Of a stretch of DNA of 64,000 bases, positions 1-13,470 are shown piece by piece (within the stretch, counting starts at the first letter, position 1; the number at the start of each line of letters is the position of its first letter). The DNA is taken from contig CP158636.1 of NCBI GenBank assembly GCA_050273025.1, positions 7,068,001 to 7,132,000 of the forward strand. The letters run 5' to 3'. Source of the stretch: Cenococcum geophilum. Taxonomy: Eukaryota. Below the pieces are notes generated by a model. It searched no databases. It saw nothing but the letters and a program-made list of their open reading frames with translations, and was not told the DNA's origin. The translations under genes were made by a program, and so were the position numbers.

Positions 1-3000
1 TTGATAGCCTCGCATCTGCTGTCAGTAACTTTGGCATCGGCACATCCTCAGGCGGACCTGCCCAGAGTCCTGCTCCATCGGTGCCACTGTTCGACTTCCT
101 TCGGGTCGCTTCTGCGTCCGGCTTGCGACAATTTACCCGGGATATCGCTGAGGAGGGACTAGTAGGCGCAAGGCTCGGTGATGGCGCCGACTATGTTGTG
201 GACGAAGTAAGGAGTCCAGACGGAGACATTGTCGTTGTCAAGCATGTCAAAGCTACCCTCCTGCTAGACGGTACTGCGGGAGGATCTGATAATGAGGACA
301 GCTCCCGAATACGTAAGGTGTTGCACGAGATTAAGATTGCCACCCACCCAGCGCTCAAAGGGAATGCGAATATCTTGCAAATGAAAGGATTCGGGTGGGA
401 GCTGGCCGAAGGCAGTCTGACCACGCCCTTCCTTGTGGTGGAATATGCTGAACATGGCACTCTACGGAACTACCTGCAAAAGAGCCCTCGTGTTGTTAGC
501 ATACAGACAAAGCTCAGCCTTGCTTTTGATGCGGCAGGAGCTCTTCAAGCTCTGCATACCCATCGCATTGCTCATGGGGATTTGAAGCTGGAAAATGCCC
601 TGGTATCGACCGCTCCTGGGGACCCAACCTTGAAGATCACCGATTTTGGACTGTCGGTGGTGCTATATGACGATGAGAAGTCATATGAGTATTGGGGCAC
701 TCAGCGGTATCGACCACCGGAGGTATATCAACAAACTGGTGATTCTCCGACCGCAGGATTCATAGCTGGATCTAGGTACCGAGCTTGCGACATTTATACG
801 TACGGACTCTTACTCCTAGAAATTTTGATTGACGGTGAACGATACTTGGAGCATGTTGGCGAACAGGGCCAGATTGAGGAGCAATCTGAAGCCCTGCGGT
901 GTCTCTCAGGCGTGATCGACGTAGATGATGTTGCCCTCCCTACACTCAGGAGTATAGTGGAAAGATGCCTGCATATCGAAGCGGAAGCTCGGCCTCGAAT
1001 TGAAGAGATCATTTTTCAACTTGAAGATAGCAACCAGTCAGTCAGATGCACACTAATTCATGAAATTAGGTTGAACTAACAAGCTACTTAGACATAAAGA
1101 AGTTGGAGAAGTAGGAGACGTAGAAGATATCGCCCCGCTGACTCTTTCGGAGCTAGCGTCCAGCGACGATACTAGCAGCGCTGTCAACCTGAATCAGGTA
1201 GGGAGTCTTCGTACTTGCGATGCCCACTGACGACACACCTTCAGATTTTCGCCAGCCTGGTCGGCTACGAGCTCGAAAAAGAGTCAGCACATTTAGCACC
1301 TTGGAAAGTACGGGAATTGATAGCCAAGGGTTTTCATCAGCGAACGAGTCATCATAATTTCGAAATAGCTTCTCGAGCCTGCTTGGAGCTCGGGATATGT
1401 CATTTTTTGGGCTTTGGTGTTGAAAGGGACGAGAAGAAAGTGCTCCAGTATATCGACCAAGCAGCGGCTAGAGGGTGTTTTGAGGCTCGTAGGATACGTC
1501 ATCGGCTGTATGAAGCCTTTTCAGAGACGATGGAGTCGCTTGACATACTAGTTGAGGTCGATGACCAAGAAGAACGACAACTTCAACATTTGTTGACGGC
1601 TGAATTGCAGAGTGCGGACGTCAATCCTTTCCAAGTATTCGACGAGGTAGCTCAGGAAGACTTTCAATCCCAAATGGGTGATAGCAACCTCACTCTTCAT
1701 CAAGCAGCCTATATTGGAGATATAGCCCGGATTCGGGAGCTTCTAAGAGATGGGAGAGATTTTCAAGATGACCAGGGTCGTACCGCACTGTTTCTTGCCG
1801 TTCAAGGCCGCCACTTGGATGCGATGAAGGTGCTTCTCGAATTCGGCAGCAGCAATCCTAGCCTTCCGGATGAGCATGGTCACACCGCACCTCACATGCT
1901 GATTATGCCAAGTAGCTTGGAAGTCGAAGCTGCTCTATCGCTGATGCTACAATTCTCTCCGGGATTGGACCTGGATGTGTTCTCATCGTCTGTTCTCGAC
2001 GCCTCAGAACATTGGGGCGAGTTATGGGGTGCTCCACTCCACTGGGCTGTCTTGGCAGGAAACAAGGCGATGACCTTATGTTTGGTAAGGGCGGGAGCAC
2101 GAGTCCACGGCTGGGCCCAGGACTCATGTCCTGTACGCATTGCTGCTTCTCTTCATCTGTCCGACATTCTTGAGATACTTCTATCGGCCATTCCTCCCGG
2201 AGTCTCACTCCTGGGGTCAAATCCACTTTTCGCGCTAAGCTCCAGTAACCCGTTCCGAAGGATGCTGTTGCACGGGAGGAATCACGTCTCGGAGATCGAG
2301 AAGACTGTGGCGTTCCTGACGAGAAAATACCCTATCATTGATGACCAGGAGAAGTCCTGGAGTGGCAACCCTTTGCGGAACGTTCTGACCGTTAACTTTT
2401 CAGACAGTGATCGCTACATCGCGAAGGGTTTAGTTGCAGCTGGTGCGTACAGAGATAAATATGAGGGCCTGACATTATTGCAATCTGCAATAATAGGGTG
2501 CCATGGCTCACCACTGTCCTCAATCTGCCGCATGGCCTTAGATATGATTGAAATTAAGCAGGATTTCAGGCAGAGAAGCACTGACTATAGACGGGGATGG
2601 GCGGCCTTGCATTGGGCAGTTGCAGGCGGCATTGTTCCGGTGGCTAAAATGCTACTTCAAGTTGATCCGGACTCCGTCAATCTCCATACTCAGAAAGAGG
2701 ACATGACACCACTTCATATCGCAGCAGAGGCTGGCAAAAGCGTCGCCATGGTCAATCTTCTGCTAGAACACGGAGCAGATACCTGCTTAAAGACGTCTAG
2801 TCTGAGACTCACTCCACTGGGCAGCTTCATCAGCAATCAAAGGAGTGAGCTCAATGTCGATATACTGAGAGCTTTACTGCATGCATCAAAGAAGACAGGC
2901 TACCTGGCATTTAGTTCCGATAACTGGAACGTTCTTCACTATGCTGCAACTCGCGCCGCCATACTTGATGTAGAGTCGCTGCCTGGTCATCTACTTTTAC

Positions 3001-3587
3001 GGACACTCGCCACGTTGCCGGGGATGAAATCGCTGATCGAGTTAACCACCGCACAGGGGTGGACTCCACTTCATCTTGCAAGCTATTTCGTTGACTACAC
3101 GACGATCAGATTGCTAGTTGAGGAGTTCCATGCAGATGTTCAGGCGCAAACCCCAAAAGGCGCAACATCCTTTGACATCGTGCTTGAGCGAGCAAGGCGG
3201 TTTCCCAAAGGTCTGCGTGGGGCCGACTCTCTTGCTCGATGGAGCAGACTTGCTTATCGTTCCGCCCTCTTCCTACAAGAGAAGCTCGAAGCCATTGAGG
3301 GACCGTACCATCTCACGCAGCTGCACCTCGCTGCCTACATAGGATATCATGATGAGGTTGTGAGACTTGTGCACAAAGACTCGAAGGCAGTCTTCGAGAC
3401 CAACTGGGATAGCGAGACACCTCGTCGGATGCTGCAGAACACAATGCCAGTGAATGTATCTGAAGAATGGGCCGCAAGGTTTCGTAACATCGCCGAGAGT
3501 ACTTGCAAGTTCCTTGAAAGTAGAGAGCTTGACTTCGAAGAGGACGTGGAGCAATCATGGATTGCGAATTACAAAACCGAGTCATAG
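1..3587 (+). CDS. Protein kinase - Sel1-like repeat - ankyrin repeat protein (5' end outside window). Exons <1..1036, 1092..1197, 1245..3587; >1160 aa
   Basis: ORF 81..1079 has kinase motifs LGDGADYVV, VVVK, HGDLKLEN, DFG and DIYTYG, and its frame is open back to position 3. Two GT-AG introns with branch sites join it in frame to ORF 1215..3587. That ORF has a Sel1-like repeat (ACLELGICHFLGFGVERDEKKVLQYIDQAAARG) and many ankyrin repeats (GRTALFLA, APLHWA, TPLHIAA, GWTPLHLA). Confidence 0.9.
1037..1091 (+). other. Intron 1 of kinase-ankyrin gene (55 nt)
   Basis: GTCAGT donor, CTAAC branch 1076-1080, TAG acceptor; removal keeps the frame open through 1197. Confidence 0.8.
1198..1244 (+). other. 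Intron 2 of kinase-ankyrin gene (47 nt)
   Basis: GTAGGG donor, CTGAC branch ~1227-1231, CAG acceptor; phase 0 join to the IFASLVG frame of ORF 1215..3587. Confidence 0.8.
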
Positions 3588-3807
3588 ATTCCGGATAGGA
3601 AAGAACCGTACTATCCCTCTATATAGAATTCAACCATTGACTCAATTTTGGCTGTAGTATCTGCAAGATACCGTTCTGCAGGAACGATGCCTGCCGGCAG
3701 CCTCGTATTGAGCGACTTAATTCCAAAGGATAAGCTTGCATGGATATTTTGTATAAGAATTAGGGGTCGTTCGGTTGCGAACTGACGTCAGATCAGAATC
3801 TCTTGTA

Positions 3808-4596
3808 CAGTCTTGTGCACGACCAGCTTCCCCCCCCCCTTTAGCGACATTCAAATTCGCTACGCGCATCCAATTTCGCTCAATCGCCACCAACTCTACG
3901 TGGTAATTGTAGCGAACGGCTGTGGCTGCATGCAAGGGCCTTTTTGGTTGTCCTGGAGAATCGCCTTGGTTGGCCAGGAGAAGCAGTGAAGAGGTTGCCT
4001 GACGTCCGCTTCCCCTTTTCTACCTATGTCTCCGTTGTGGCCGCCAAAACTCGAATACAACGCCGTTTCTGCAGAGGTCGATGAAATTTGGTAATATCGT
4101 GCAGGGTGAAAACCTCACGATATTTGACAAAGATCGCGACGCTGCGAAACTGCGGAGGAAGGTCGATCGCGAACAGAGGCGTTCGCTACGATTGCTATCC
4201 CATGCGCCGTCAAGGTGCTCCTTTTATTGTGGCCCGTGCGCGAACACCAAAACATCAACACGCGTCTCGATATAGCTTCTTATCGTGATTAAACCACCAC
4301 AATGGGCTGCAAACGTTCTTCCAATGATATAGACCTTGTTTAACCTAGAGCCGAATTATATATTAAATGTAAGCTTTATTACTATAATATTGGGTTATAA
4401 TTAGTTGATCAAATCTGCAACTTTATTTTGCCAAGACTTAATTGAATCTAGAGCCTCTGGTTGGCTTAGGAAAAGGAGCACCTTTCGTAACGGCGCATGG
4501 GATATACAGTTGGTGGCAATCCAGCGAAATTGAATGCCCATACCGAATCTGTTTTTCGCTAAAGGGGGAGGGGGAAGCTAGTCGTGCACAAGACTG
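3808..4596. mobile_element. MITE-1, non-autonomous Tc1/mariner-type element
   Basis: TA|CAGTCTTGTGCACGACCAGCTTCCCCC...TTTAGCGA at left and TCGCTAAAGGGGGAGGGGGAAGCTAGTCGTGCACAAGACTG|TA at right. Imperfect TIRs ~90 bp, TA duplication, no transposase. Confidence 0.85.
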
Positions 4597-4693
4597 TATC
4601 AGTGCGTCTTTTAGTGTTGACTGTTTTGTAATTAGTGGCGGCTACTATCGTGGCTCAGTTGAATCTGTAATTAAGCTAATCGTTTGGTACAGT

Positions 4694-7633
4694 GTTGTTC
4701 ACGGCTCGGCTGAGCGCCCGATCAGTCGCTGAGCCGCACGTGACACATACAACCCCCGTCGACATTCGCGGATGTCCACGGCCGAGCCTGCAGCCAAGCC
4801 GTGGACATCTTCGAATGTCTTTACCCCTACTAATCAAGTCGCTGATGCGCGCGTACTATTGGCCTATTGGGCCAGCCGTGCGCCCGTATATTTACCCTAT
4901 GCGGTAAGGTCACTTATCCGGTAGATATACTTTCTCTACCTCTCCTCCCCGGTCTATATCTGCGTATATAGGAAAATAGGAACCCCCCCTTAGGGCGCAG
5001 CTTCTCTAGCAGCGTCCTACATATCTTAAAAATGCCGTTAATTAGTCGCGTAAAGATTAACATTGCGAATAATGCCAAACTACGCGCTAACGCGTAGAGT
5101 ATCCTTACCCTTATATATTCCAAGAGACTAAAAATACGTCTTTAAATTATAAGCTAAAGTAGAAAGAGTTTAAGGTAAGTAGGTAGATGCTTTACGGAGC
5201 AGTATACTTATAACTAACGCGCGTCTTCTTAGGCCTTTTATAAGCGGAAGCAGTACTATAACAGTAATACTATTATAGAAGAGAAGCTACTTCTTTTCCT
5301 TATTAAGGAGGTTATAGGCCGGCTACTAAAAGTAAAAAGCCGTAAGGCTAGTAATAATATGCCCTAGGATAAAACGCGGCTCTCCTAGCGCTTAGTTTGC
5401 GGCTATATTACTACCCTAATAGACTTTTACCGGATATAAAAGGGTATAGAGATAAATAGCTATTAGTTCCCGCGGGAAAATAATATTAGGGATTACCTAA
5501 AGGTTTTATAACAGAGGGACGTATAATAGGAAAAGGAGTAGTTTATAAATAAGGGTAGAGATACGCTACTTAATAGATATATAGAGGACGAGTTTAAAAG
5601 CGTCTACTGTAAGCTATAGGCCCATAAAAACTTCTTACCAGAATGCTACCTCTACACACTTATAGATATCCTACTAGGCTACTATATACTTACCCGCGGC
5701 AGCAATAGGCGCTCCGCTAAGATCTTAGACCTATTTACCTTTAAGTTTAAAGGGGAAGGTCCTATACGCTATATACCCCTAATATTTACTATACGTGCTA
5801 GTAAGTAGAACCAGTATAGCCGCCTTAAAACTATTAGAGCTCTATATAATAAAAAGCCGCTCGTTTATATGCTTAGCGGACTAGCTTTTTACCTCTTATA
5901 CCGCTAGGACCTTAGCAACGAGCCATTCCTAGACTTTAGTAGGCGGTTAGCGTAGTATAATATCCGCCTAATTAAGAGCAGCACTAGAGACCGTAAGACG
6001 GCCTTCTTTTACAACTTATAGCGGGAGTAGGTTGCTAAGGCATTTTAAGCCGTTAGCGTCTTCTTATAGAAGAAGACCTATATTAGGCAAAGCGCTAATA
6101 CTAAAATAATAAAGCTAAAAGGGGTTAGTAAGGACTAGGTTAGACGCGCTAGTAGGTAGAACTAGGAGTAAATAGTTAGCTATTACTTAAACTCGCTGCT
6201 ATGGGAGTTTATACGGACAATAACTGGCTATTTACCGTAGATAGGCTGCTTTAAGATTTATAGGGTAAGCGTTGCCCCCCCCTAACGTACTACTATTAAC
6301 AATTTAGCCAGAGCTAGACGTCTAGAAGGGTTAGTTTAGCCCTTAGGTTGGCTAGGTTAACAACCTCGCGGCTATAAGCGCTATAAACCTCCTATTTTAC
6401 CTTTGGGAGGTTATTCTATAGGACTTAATAGTTCTCTATAAGATATTTCTAAATAGCCCTATATAAAACCACCTAGTTTTTTAATATAAGGCCTATCTAC
6501 TTTTTATATAGAAGGTTAAAGCCTACCTATAGTAGGAGGAAGAAGGCCCTAGCTAGCTATTAATACTTTACTAAGCCGTACCGGCTATTACGGACCGCCT
6601 AAAGACTATAAACACCCGAGTATATAAGCTATAGGCGTTATTTAACCGTATAGCTAAGTCCTAGTAGACGCAGTCTTTATAGCTTTAATTACTTATATCC
6701 AGTAGCCTTACCTTTTAGCTTAAGGTCCCTTTAGTATCTATATATTCGCGTCTAATAGTATACCTACTAATAGTACGTCTACTAACGGCACGTCTACTAG
6801 CGCCTCTATTTATTGCGGAATTAAGCCAGAATATATTAGCCCAGGTAAGCGCTATAGCTTCCCCTTCGCTAGCGCCGCTATAGCTATAGCTATAGCTATA
6901 GCCGCAGTAAGGGCCTAAGCCTAAGCAGCCGCCTAAGTAGCCGCCTGTATATTATATATGCTATATAATAAAGTTTATACAGGCCCTTTAGCGCGAGTAA
7001 ACTAAAGGGCTTAGAGGTAATCCTTTTATAGTAGCGTTAGATTTTAAATAGGGTAGTAAATAGTAGGCTAGCTAGCAGAATAAGCTCTAATAGTACTCCC
7101 TATAGCTTAAGGTTATTAAGGAAATTAGGCGGGTCGTATAGGCCTAAAGGGTTAGTAAGGAAGCGGCTATATAGTAGGTTAATTAATAGTAGGAGTAAAT
7201 ATAGTACTTACTAAATTAGCTTTATAAACGGCTTTAAGCGGGTAGAAAAGCTTTAAAATAGTATATATATCTAACTTTTAAGGAGTCCTCTTAAAGCCTT
7301 TATCTATAGCCCCTTAGGGGCTTATTTTAGTACGGTATAAGTTTAGTAGGGTACTTATATAATAGCGGCGCCTAATCTAAAACGTAAATATTTCTATTAA
7401 CTTATAGCTAATTCTTACTATCCTAGTGCAAGTAAAGAGCCCTTAGACAGCTTTATATATACCACTTAACGGGTATTAAGAGCGCGACGTTACTACGGCG
7501 TTGCTAGCAATTAAAGATTAATAGTAGATATAGGGTAATATCTATATACCGTTAAGCGCACGGGCCTCCTACCTGCTAAATTATAACTTAGCGGCTAATT
7601 TAGCTATATAAATCGAACCGTAGATATACTATT
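4694..7633 (+). mobile_element. Crypton (CryptonF-like) unit 1, RIP-inactivated
   Basis: Degenerate ORF with EKLLLFL, DKGRDTL, MLTRG..RR, FEFEGEGPT, H-I-G-R, CYL and a C-terminal GCR1_C-like LWREW..G..G.PS...LD..WG..WR motif (reversing RIP). Confidence 0.9.
5032..7261 (+). pseudogene. Crypton tyrosine recombinase (NDC10-II-like + GCR1_C-like) pseudogene with intron 5175..5232
   Basis: ATG at 5032 and a GTAAGT...CTAAC...TAG intron. The many TAA/TAG stops are consistent with RIP of CAA/CAG/TGG/CGA. The same structure occurs in all five units. Confidence 0.8.
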
Positions 7634-10530
7634 AATATTTACGGCTTAGCTAAGCGCCTAATTAGTCGCTAAGCTATATAACCCCTATTAATATTTACGG
7701 ATATCTACGGCTAAGCCTATAACTAAGCCGTAGACATCTTTAAATATCTTTACCCCTACTAATTAAGTCGCTAATACGCGCGTACTATTAGCCTATTAGG
7801 CCAGCCGTACACCTATATATTTACCCTATACGGTAAGATCACTTATTTAGTAGGTATACTTTCTTTACCTCTCCTCCCTAGTTTATATCTGCGTATATAG
7901 GAAAATAGGAACCCCCCCTTAGGGCGCAGCTTCTCTAGTAGCGTCCTATATATCTTAAAAATACCATTAATTAGTCGCGTAAAGATTAACGTTGTAAATA
8001 ATACCAAACTACGCGCTAACGCGTAGAGTATCCTTACCCTTATATATTCTAAGAGACTTAAAAATATATCTCTAAATTATAAGCTAAAGTAGAAAGAGTT
8101 TAAGGTAAGTAGGTAGGTACTTTATAGAGTAATATACTTATAACTAACGCGTGTCTTTCTAAGCCTTTTATAAGCGGAAGCAGTACTATAATAGTAATAC
8201 CGTTACGGAAGAGAAGCTACTTCTTTTCCTTATTAAGGAGGTTATAGGCTAGCTACTAAAAGCAAAAAGCCGTAAGGCTAGCGATAACGTACCTTAGGAC
8301 AAGACGCGGCTCTCCTAGCGCTTAGTTTACGGCTATATTACTACCCTAATAGACCTCTACTAGACGTAAAAGGGTATAGGGATAAATAACTACTAGTTCC
8401 CGCGGGAGGATAATATTAGGGATTACCTAAAGGTTCTATAATAGAGGGATATATAGTAGGAAAAGAAGTAGTTTATAAATAAGGATAGGGATATACTGCT
8501 TAACGGATATATAGAGGACGAGTTTAAAAGCGTTTACTATAAGCTATAGGCTTATGGAGACTCCTTACTAAAATGCTACCTCTATACGCTTATAAATATC
8601 CTACTAGGCTACTATATACTTACCTATAGTGGCAATAGGCGCTCCGCCAAGATCTTAGACCTATTTACCTTTAAGTTTAAGGGGGAAGGTCCTATACGCT
8701 ATATGCCCCTAATATTTACTATATACGCTAGTAAGTAAAACTAGTATAGCCGTCTTAAAACTATTAGAGCTCTATATAATAAAAAGCCGCTTATCTATAT
8801 ACTTAGTGGACTAGCTTTTTACCTCTTATACCGCTAGAACCTTAGCAACGAGCCATTTCTAGACTTTAGTAAGCGGTTAGTGTAGTATAATATCCGCCTA
8901 ATTAAGAGCAGCGCTAGGGACTATAAGACGGCCTTCTTCTATAACTTATAGTAGGAGTAGGTTACTAAGGTATTTTAGGCCGTTAGCGTCTTTTTATAAA
9001 AGAAAACCTATATTAGGTAAAGCGCTAGCGCTAAAATAGCGGAGCTAAAAGGGGTTAGTAAGGACTAGATTAGACGCGCTAGTAGGTAAAACTAGGAGTA
9101 AATAGTTAGCTATTACTTAAACTCGCTACTATAGGAGTTTATACGGATAATAGCTGGCTATTTACCGTAAATAGGCTGCTTTAAGATTTATAGGGCAAGC
9201 GTTGCCCCTCCTAATATACTACTGTTAACAATCTAGCCAGAGCTAAACGTCTAGAAGGGTTAGTTTAGCCCTTAGGTTAGCTAGGTTAACAACCTTATAG
9301 CTATAAGCGCTATAAACCTCTTATTTTACTTCTAGGAGGTTATTCTATAGGACTTAGTAGTCCTCTATAAGATATTCCTAAGTAGCCCTATATAAAACTA
9401 TCCGGTCTTTTAGTATAAGGCCTATCTACCCTTTACGCGAAAGGTTAAAGCCTACCTATAGCAGAAGGAAGAAGGCCCTAGCTAGCTATTAATACTCTAT
9501 TAGGCCGTACTGGCTATTATAGACCGCCTAAAGACTATAGACGCCTAAGCACGTAAGCTATAGGCGTTGTTTAACCGTATAGCTAAGTCCTAGTAGATAT
9601 AGTTTTTATAGCTTTAATTACTTATATCTAGTAGCCTTACCTTTTAGCTTAAGGTCCCTTTAGTATCTATATATCTATATCTAATAGTATACCTACTAAT
9701 AGTATATTTACTAACGGCATATCTACTAGCGCCTTTATTTATTACGAAATTAAGCTAAAATATATTGGCCTAGGTAAGCGCTATAGCTATAGCTATAGCC
9801 GCAGTAAGGGCCTAAGCCTAAGCAGCCGCCTAAGTAGCCGCCTATATATTATATATGCTATATAGTAAAGTCCGTATAGGCCCTTTAACGTAAGTAGACT
9901 AAAGGGCTTAGAGGTAATCCTTTTATAGTGGCACTAGATTCTAAATAAGGTAGTAAATAGCGGGCTAGCTAGCAAAACGAGCTCTAATAGTACTCTCTAT
10001 AGCTTAAGGTTATTAAAGAAATTAGGCGGGTTATATAGGCCTAGAGGGTTAATAAGGAAGCGGCTATATAGTAAGTTAATTAACAGTAGAAGCAGATACA
10101 GTGCTTACTAGATTAGCTTTATAAATAGCTTTAAGCGGGTAAAAAAGCTTTAAAATAGTATATATATCTAACTTTTAAAAAGTCCTCTTAAAGCCTTTAT
10201 CTATAGCCCCTTAGGGGCTTATTTTAGTATAGTATAAGTTTAGTAAGGTACTTATATAATAGCGGCGCCTAATTTAAAACGTAAATATCTTTATTAACCT
10301 ATAGCCAATTCTTACCATCCTAGTGCAAGCAGAGAGCCCTTAGATAGCTCTACGTATACCACTTAATAGGTATTAAAAGCGTAATATTACTGCAGTATTG
10401 CTGGCGATTAAAGATTAACAGTAGATATAGGGTAATATCTATATGCTACTAAGCGCACAGGCCTCCTACCTGCCAAATTATAATTTAGCGGCTGATTTAG
10501 CTATATAAATCAAACCGTAGATATACTATT
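7634..10530 (+). mobile_element. Crypton unit 2
   Basis: Colinear with unit 1; small deletions near 7680 and 9780. Confidence 0.9.
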
Positions 10531-13470
10531 AGTATTTATAGCTTAGCTAAGCGCCTAATTAGTCGCTAAGCCGCACGTAATATATATAACCCCTATTAAT
10601 ATTCGCGGATATCTATAGCTAAGCCTACAGCTAAGCCGTAGACATCTTTAAATGTCTTTACCCCTACTAATTAAGTCGCTAATACGCGCGTACTATTAGC
10701 CTATTAGGCCAGCCGTGCGCCCGTATATTTACCCTATATAGTAAAGTTACTTATCTAGTAGATATACTTTCTCTACCTCTTCTCCCTAGTCTATATCTGC
10801 GTATATAGGAAAATAAAAACCCCCCCTTAGGGCGTAGCTTCTCTAGCAGCGTCCTATATATCTTAAAAATGCTATTAATTAGTCGCGTAAAGATTAATGT
10901 TATAAATAATACCAAACTACGTGCTAACGCGTAAAGTATCCTTACCCTTATATATTTTAAGAGACCTAAAAATATATCTTTAAATTATAAGCTAAAGCAA
11001 AAAGAGTTTAAGGTAAGTAGGTAGGTACTTTATAGAGTAGTATACTTATAACTAACGTGCGTCTTTCTAGGCCTTTTATAAGCGGAAGTAGTACTATAAT
11101 AGTAATACCGTTATAGAAGAGAAGCTACTTCTTTTCCTTATTAAGGAGGTTATAGGCTAGCTACTAAAAGTAAAAAGCCGTAAGGCTAGTAATAATATGC
11201 CTTAAAATAAGACACAGCTCTCCTAGCGCTTAGTTTATAGCTATATTACTACCCTAATAGACCTTTACCGGACGTAGAAGGGTATAGGGATAAATAGCTA
11301 TTAGTTCCCGTGGGAGAATAATATTAGGGATTACTTAAAGGTTTTATAATAGAGGGACGTATAGTGGAAAAAGGAGTAGTTTATAAATAAGGGTAGGGAT
11401 ACGCTGCTTAATAGATATACGGAGGATAAGTTTAAAAGCGTTTACTGTAAGCTATAGGCCTATAAAGACTCCTTACCAGAATGCTACCTCTATATACTTA
11501 TAAATATCCTACTAGGCTATTATATACTTACCTATGGCGGTAATAGGCGCTCCGCTAAGATCTTAAACCTATTTACCTTTAAGTTTAAGGGGAAAGGTCC
11601 TATACGCTATATGCCCCTAATATTTACTATATACGCTAGTAAGTAGAACTAGTATAGCCGCCTTAAAACTATTAGAGCTCTATATAATAAAAAGTCGTTT
11701 ATTTATATACTTAGCGGACTAGCTTTTTACCTCTTATACTGCTAGGACCTTAGTAACAAGCTATTCTTAGACTTTAGTAAGTGGTTAGCGTAGTATAATA
11801 TCCGCCTAATTAAGAGCAGCGCTAGGGACCGTAAGACGGCCTTCTTTTATAACTTATAGCGGGAGTAGGTTACTAAGGCATTTTAAGCCGTTAGCGTCTT
11901 CTTATAGAAGAAGACCTATATTAGGTAAAGCGCTAGCGCTAAGATAGTAGAGCTAAAAAGGGTTAGTAAGGACTAGATTAGACGCACTAGTAGGTAAAAC
12001 TAGGAGTAAATAGTTAGCTATTACTTAAACTTGCTACTATAGGAGTTTATACGGACAATAGCTGGCTATTTACCGTAGATAGGCTGCTTTAAGATTTATA
12101 GGGTAAGCGTTGCCCCCCCTAACATACTACTATTAATAATTTAGCCAGAGCTAGATGTCTAGAAGGGTTAGTTTAGCCCTTAGGTTAGCTAGGTTAATAA
12201 CCTTGCGGCTATAAGCACTATAAACCTCTTATTTTACCTCTAGGAGGTTATCCTATAGGACTTAGTAGTTCTCCGTAAGATATTCCTAAGTAGCCCTATA
12301 TAGAACTACCTAGTTTTTTAGTATAAGGCCTATCTACTTTTTATACAGAAGGTTAAAGCCTATCTATAGTAGGAGGAAGAAGGCCCTAGCTAGCTATTAA
12401 TACTTTACTAGGCCGTATTAGCTATTATAGACCGCCTAAAGACTATAGACGCCTAAGTATATAAGCTATAGGCGTTGTTTAACTATATAACTAAGTCCTA
12501 GTAAACGCAGTTTTTATAGCTTTAATTACTTATATCTAGTAGCCTTACCTTTTAGCTTAAGGTCCCTTTAGTATTTATATATTCGCGTCTAATAGTATAC
12601 CTACTAATAGTATATCTACTAATAGCATATCTACTAGCGCCTTTATTTGTTACGGAATTAAGCTAGAATATATTAGCCCGGGTAAGCGCTATAGCTTTCC
12701 CTTTACTAGCGCCGCTGTAGCTATAGCTATAGCTATAGCCGCAGCAAGGGCCTAAGCCTAAGCAGCCGCCTAAGCAGCCGCCTATATATTGTATATACTA
12801 TATAATAAAGTTTATATAGGCCCTTTAGCGTAAGTAGACTAAAGGGCTTAGAGGTAATTCTTTTATAATAGCGCTAGATTTTAAATAGGGTAGTAGATAA
12901 CGGGCTAGCTAGCAGAATAAGCTCTAATAGTACTTCCTATAGCTTAAGGTTATTAAGAAGATTAGGTAGGTTGTGTAGGCCTAAAGGGTTAGTAAGGAAG
13001 CGGCTATATAGTAGGTTAATTAATAGTAGGAGTAGATATAGTGCTTACTAGATTAGCTTTATAAACGGCTTTAAGCGGGTAAAAAAGCTTTAAAATAGTA
13101 TATATATCTAACTTTTAAAAAGTCCTCTTAAAGCCTTTATCTATAGCCCCTTAGGGGCTTATTTTGGTGCGGTATAAGTTTAGTAAGGTACTTATATAAT
13201 AGCGGCGCCTAATCTAAAACGTAAATATCTTTATTAACTTATAGCTAATTCTTGCCATCCTAGTGCGAGTAGAGAGCCCTTAGATAGCTTTATATATACC
13301 ACTTAATAGGTATTAAGAGCGCGACGTTACTATAGCGTTGCTAGCGATTAAAGATTAATAGTAGATATAGGGTAATATCTATATACCGTTAAGCGCACGG
13401 GCCTCCTATCTGCTAAATTGTAACTTAGCGGCTAATTTAGCTATATAAATTAAACCGTAGATATACTATT
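10531..13470 (+). mobile_element. Crypton unit 3
   Basis: Colinear with unit 1. Confidence 0.9.

Noticed and set aside
191..3657. Small antisense or out-of-frame ORFs
   Set aside because: Shadows of the kinase-ankyrin gene.
3717..5123. Short ORFs of 64-96 aa (also 25555..26153)
   Set aside because: They lie in MITE or Crypton terminal DNA, with no recognisable domains.
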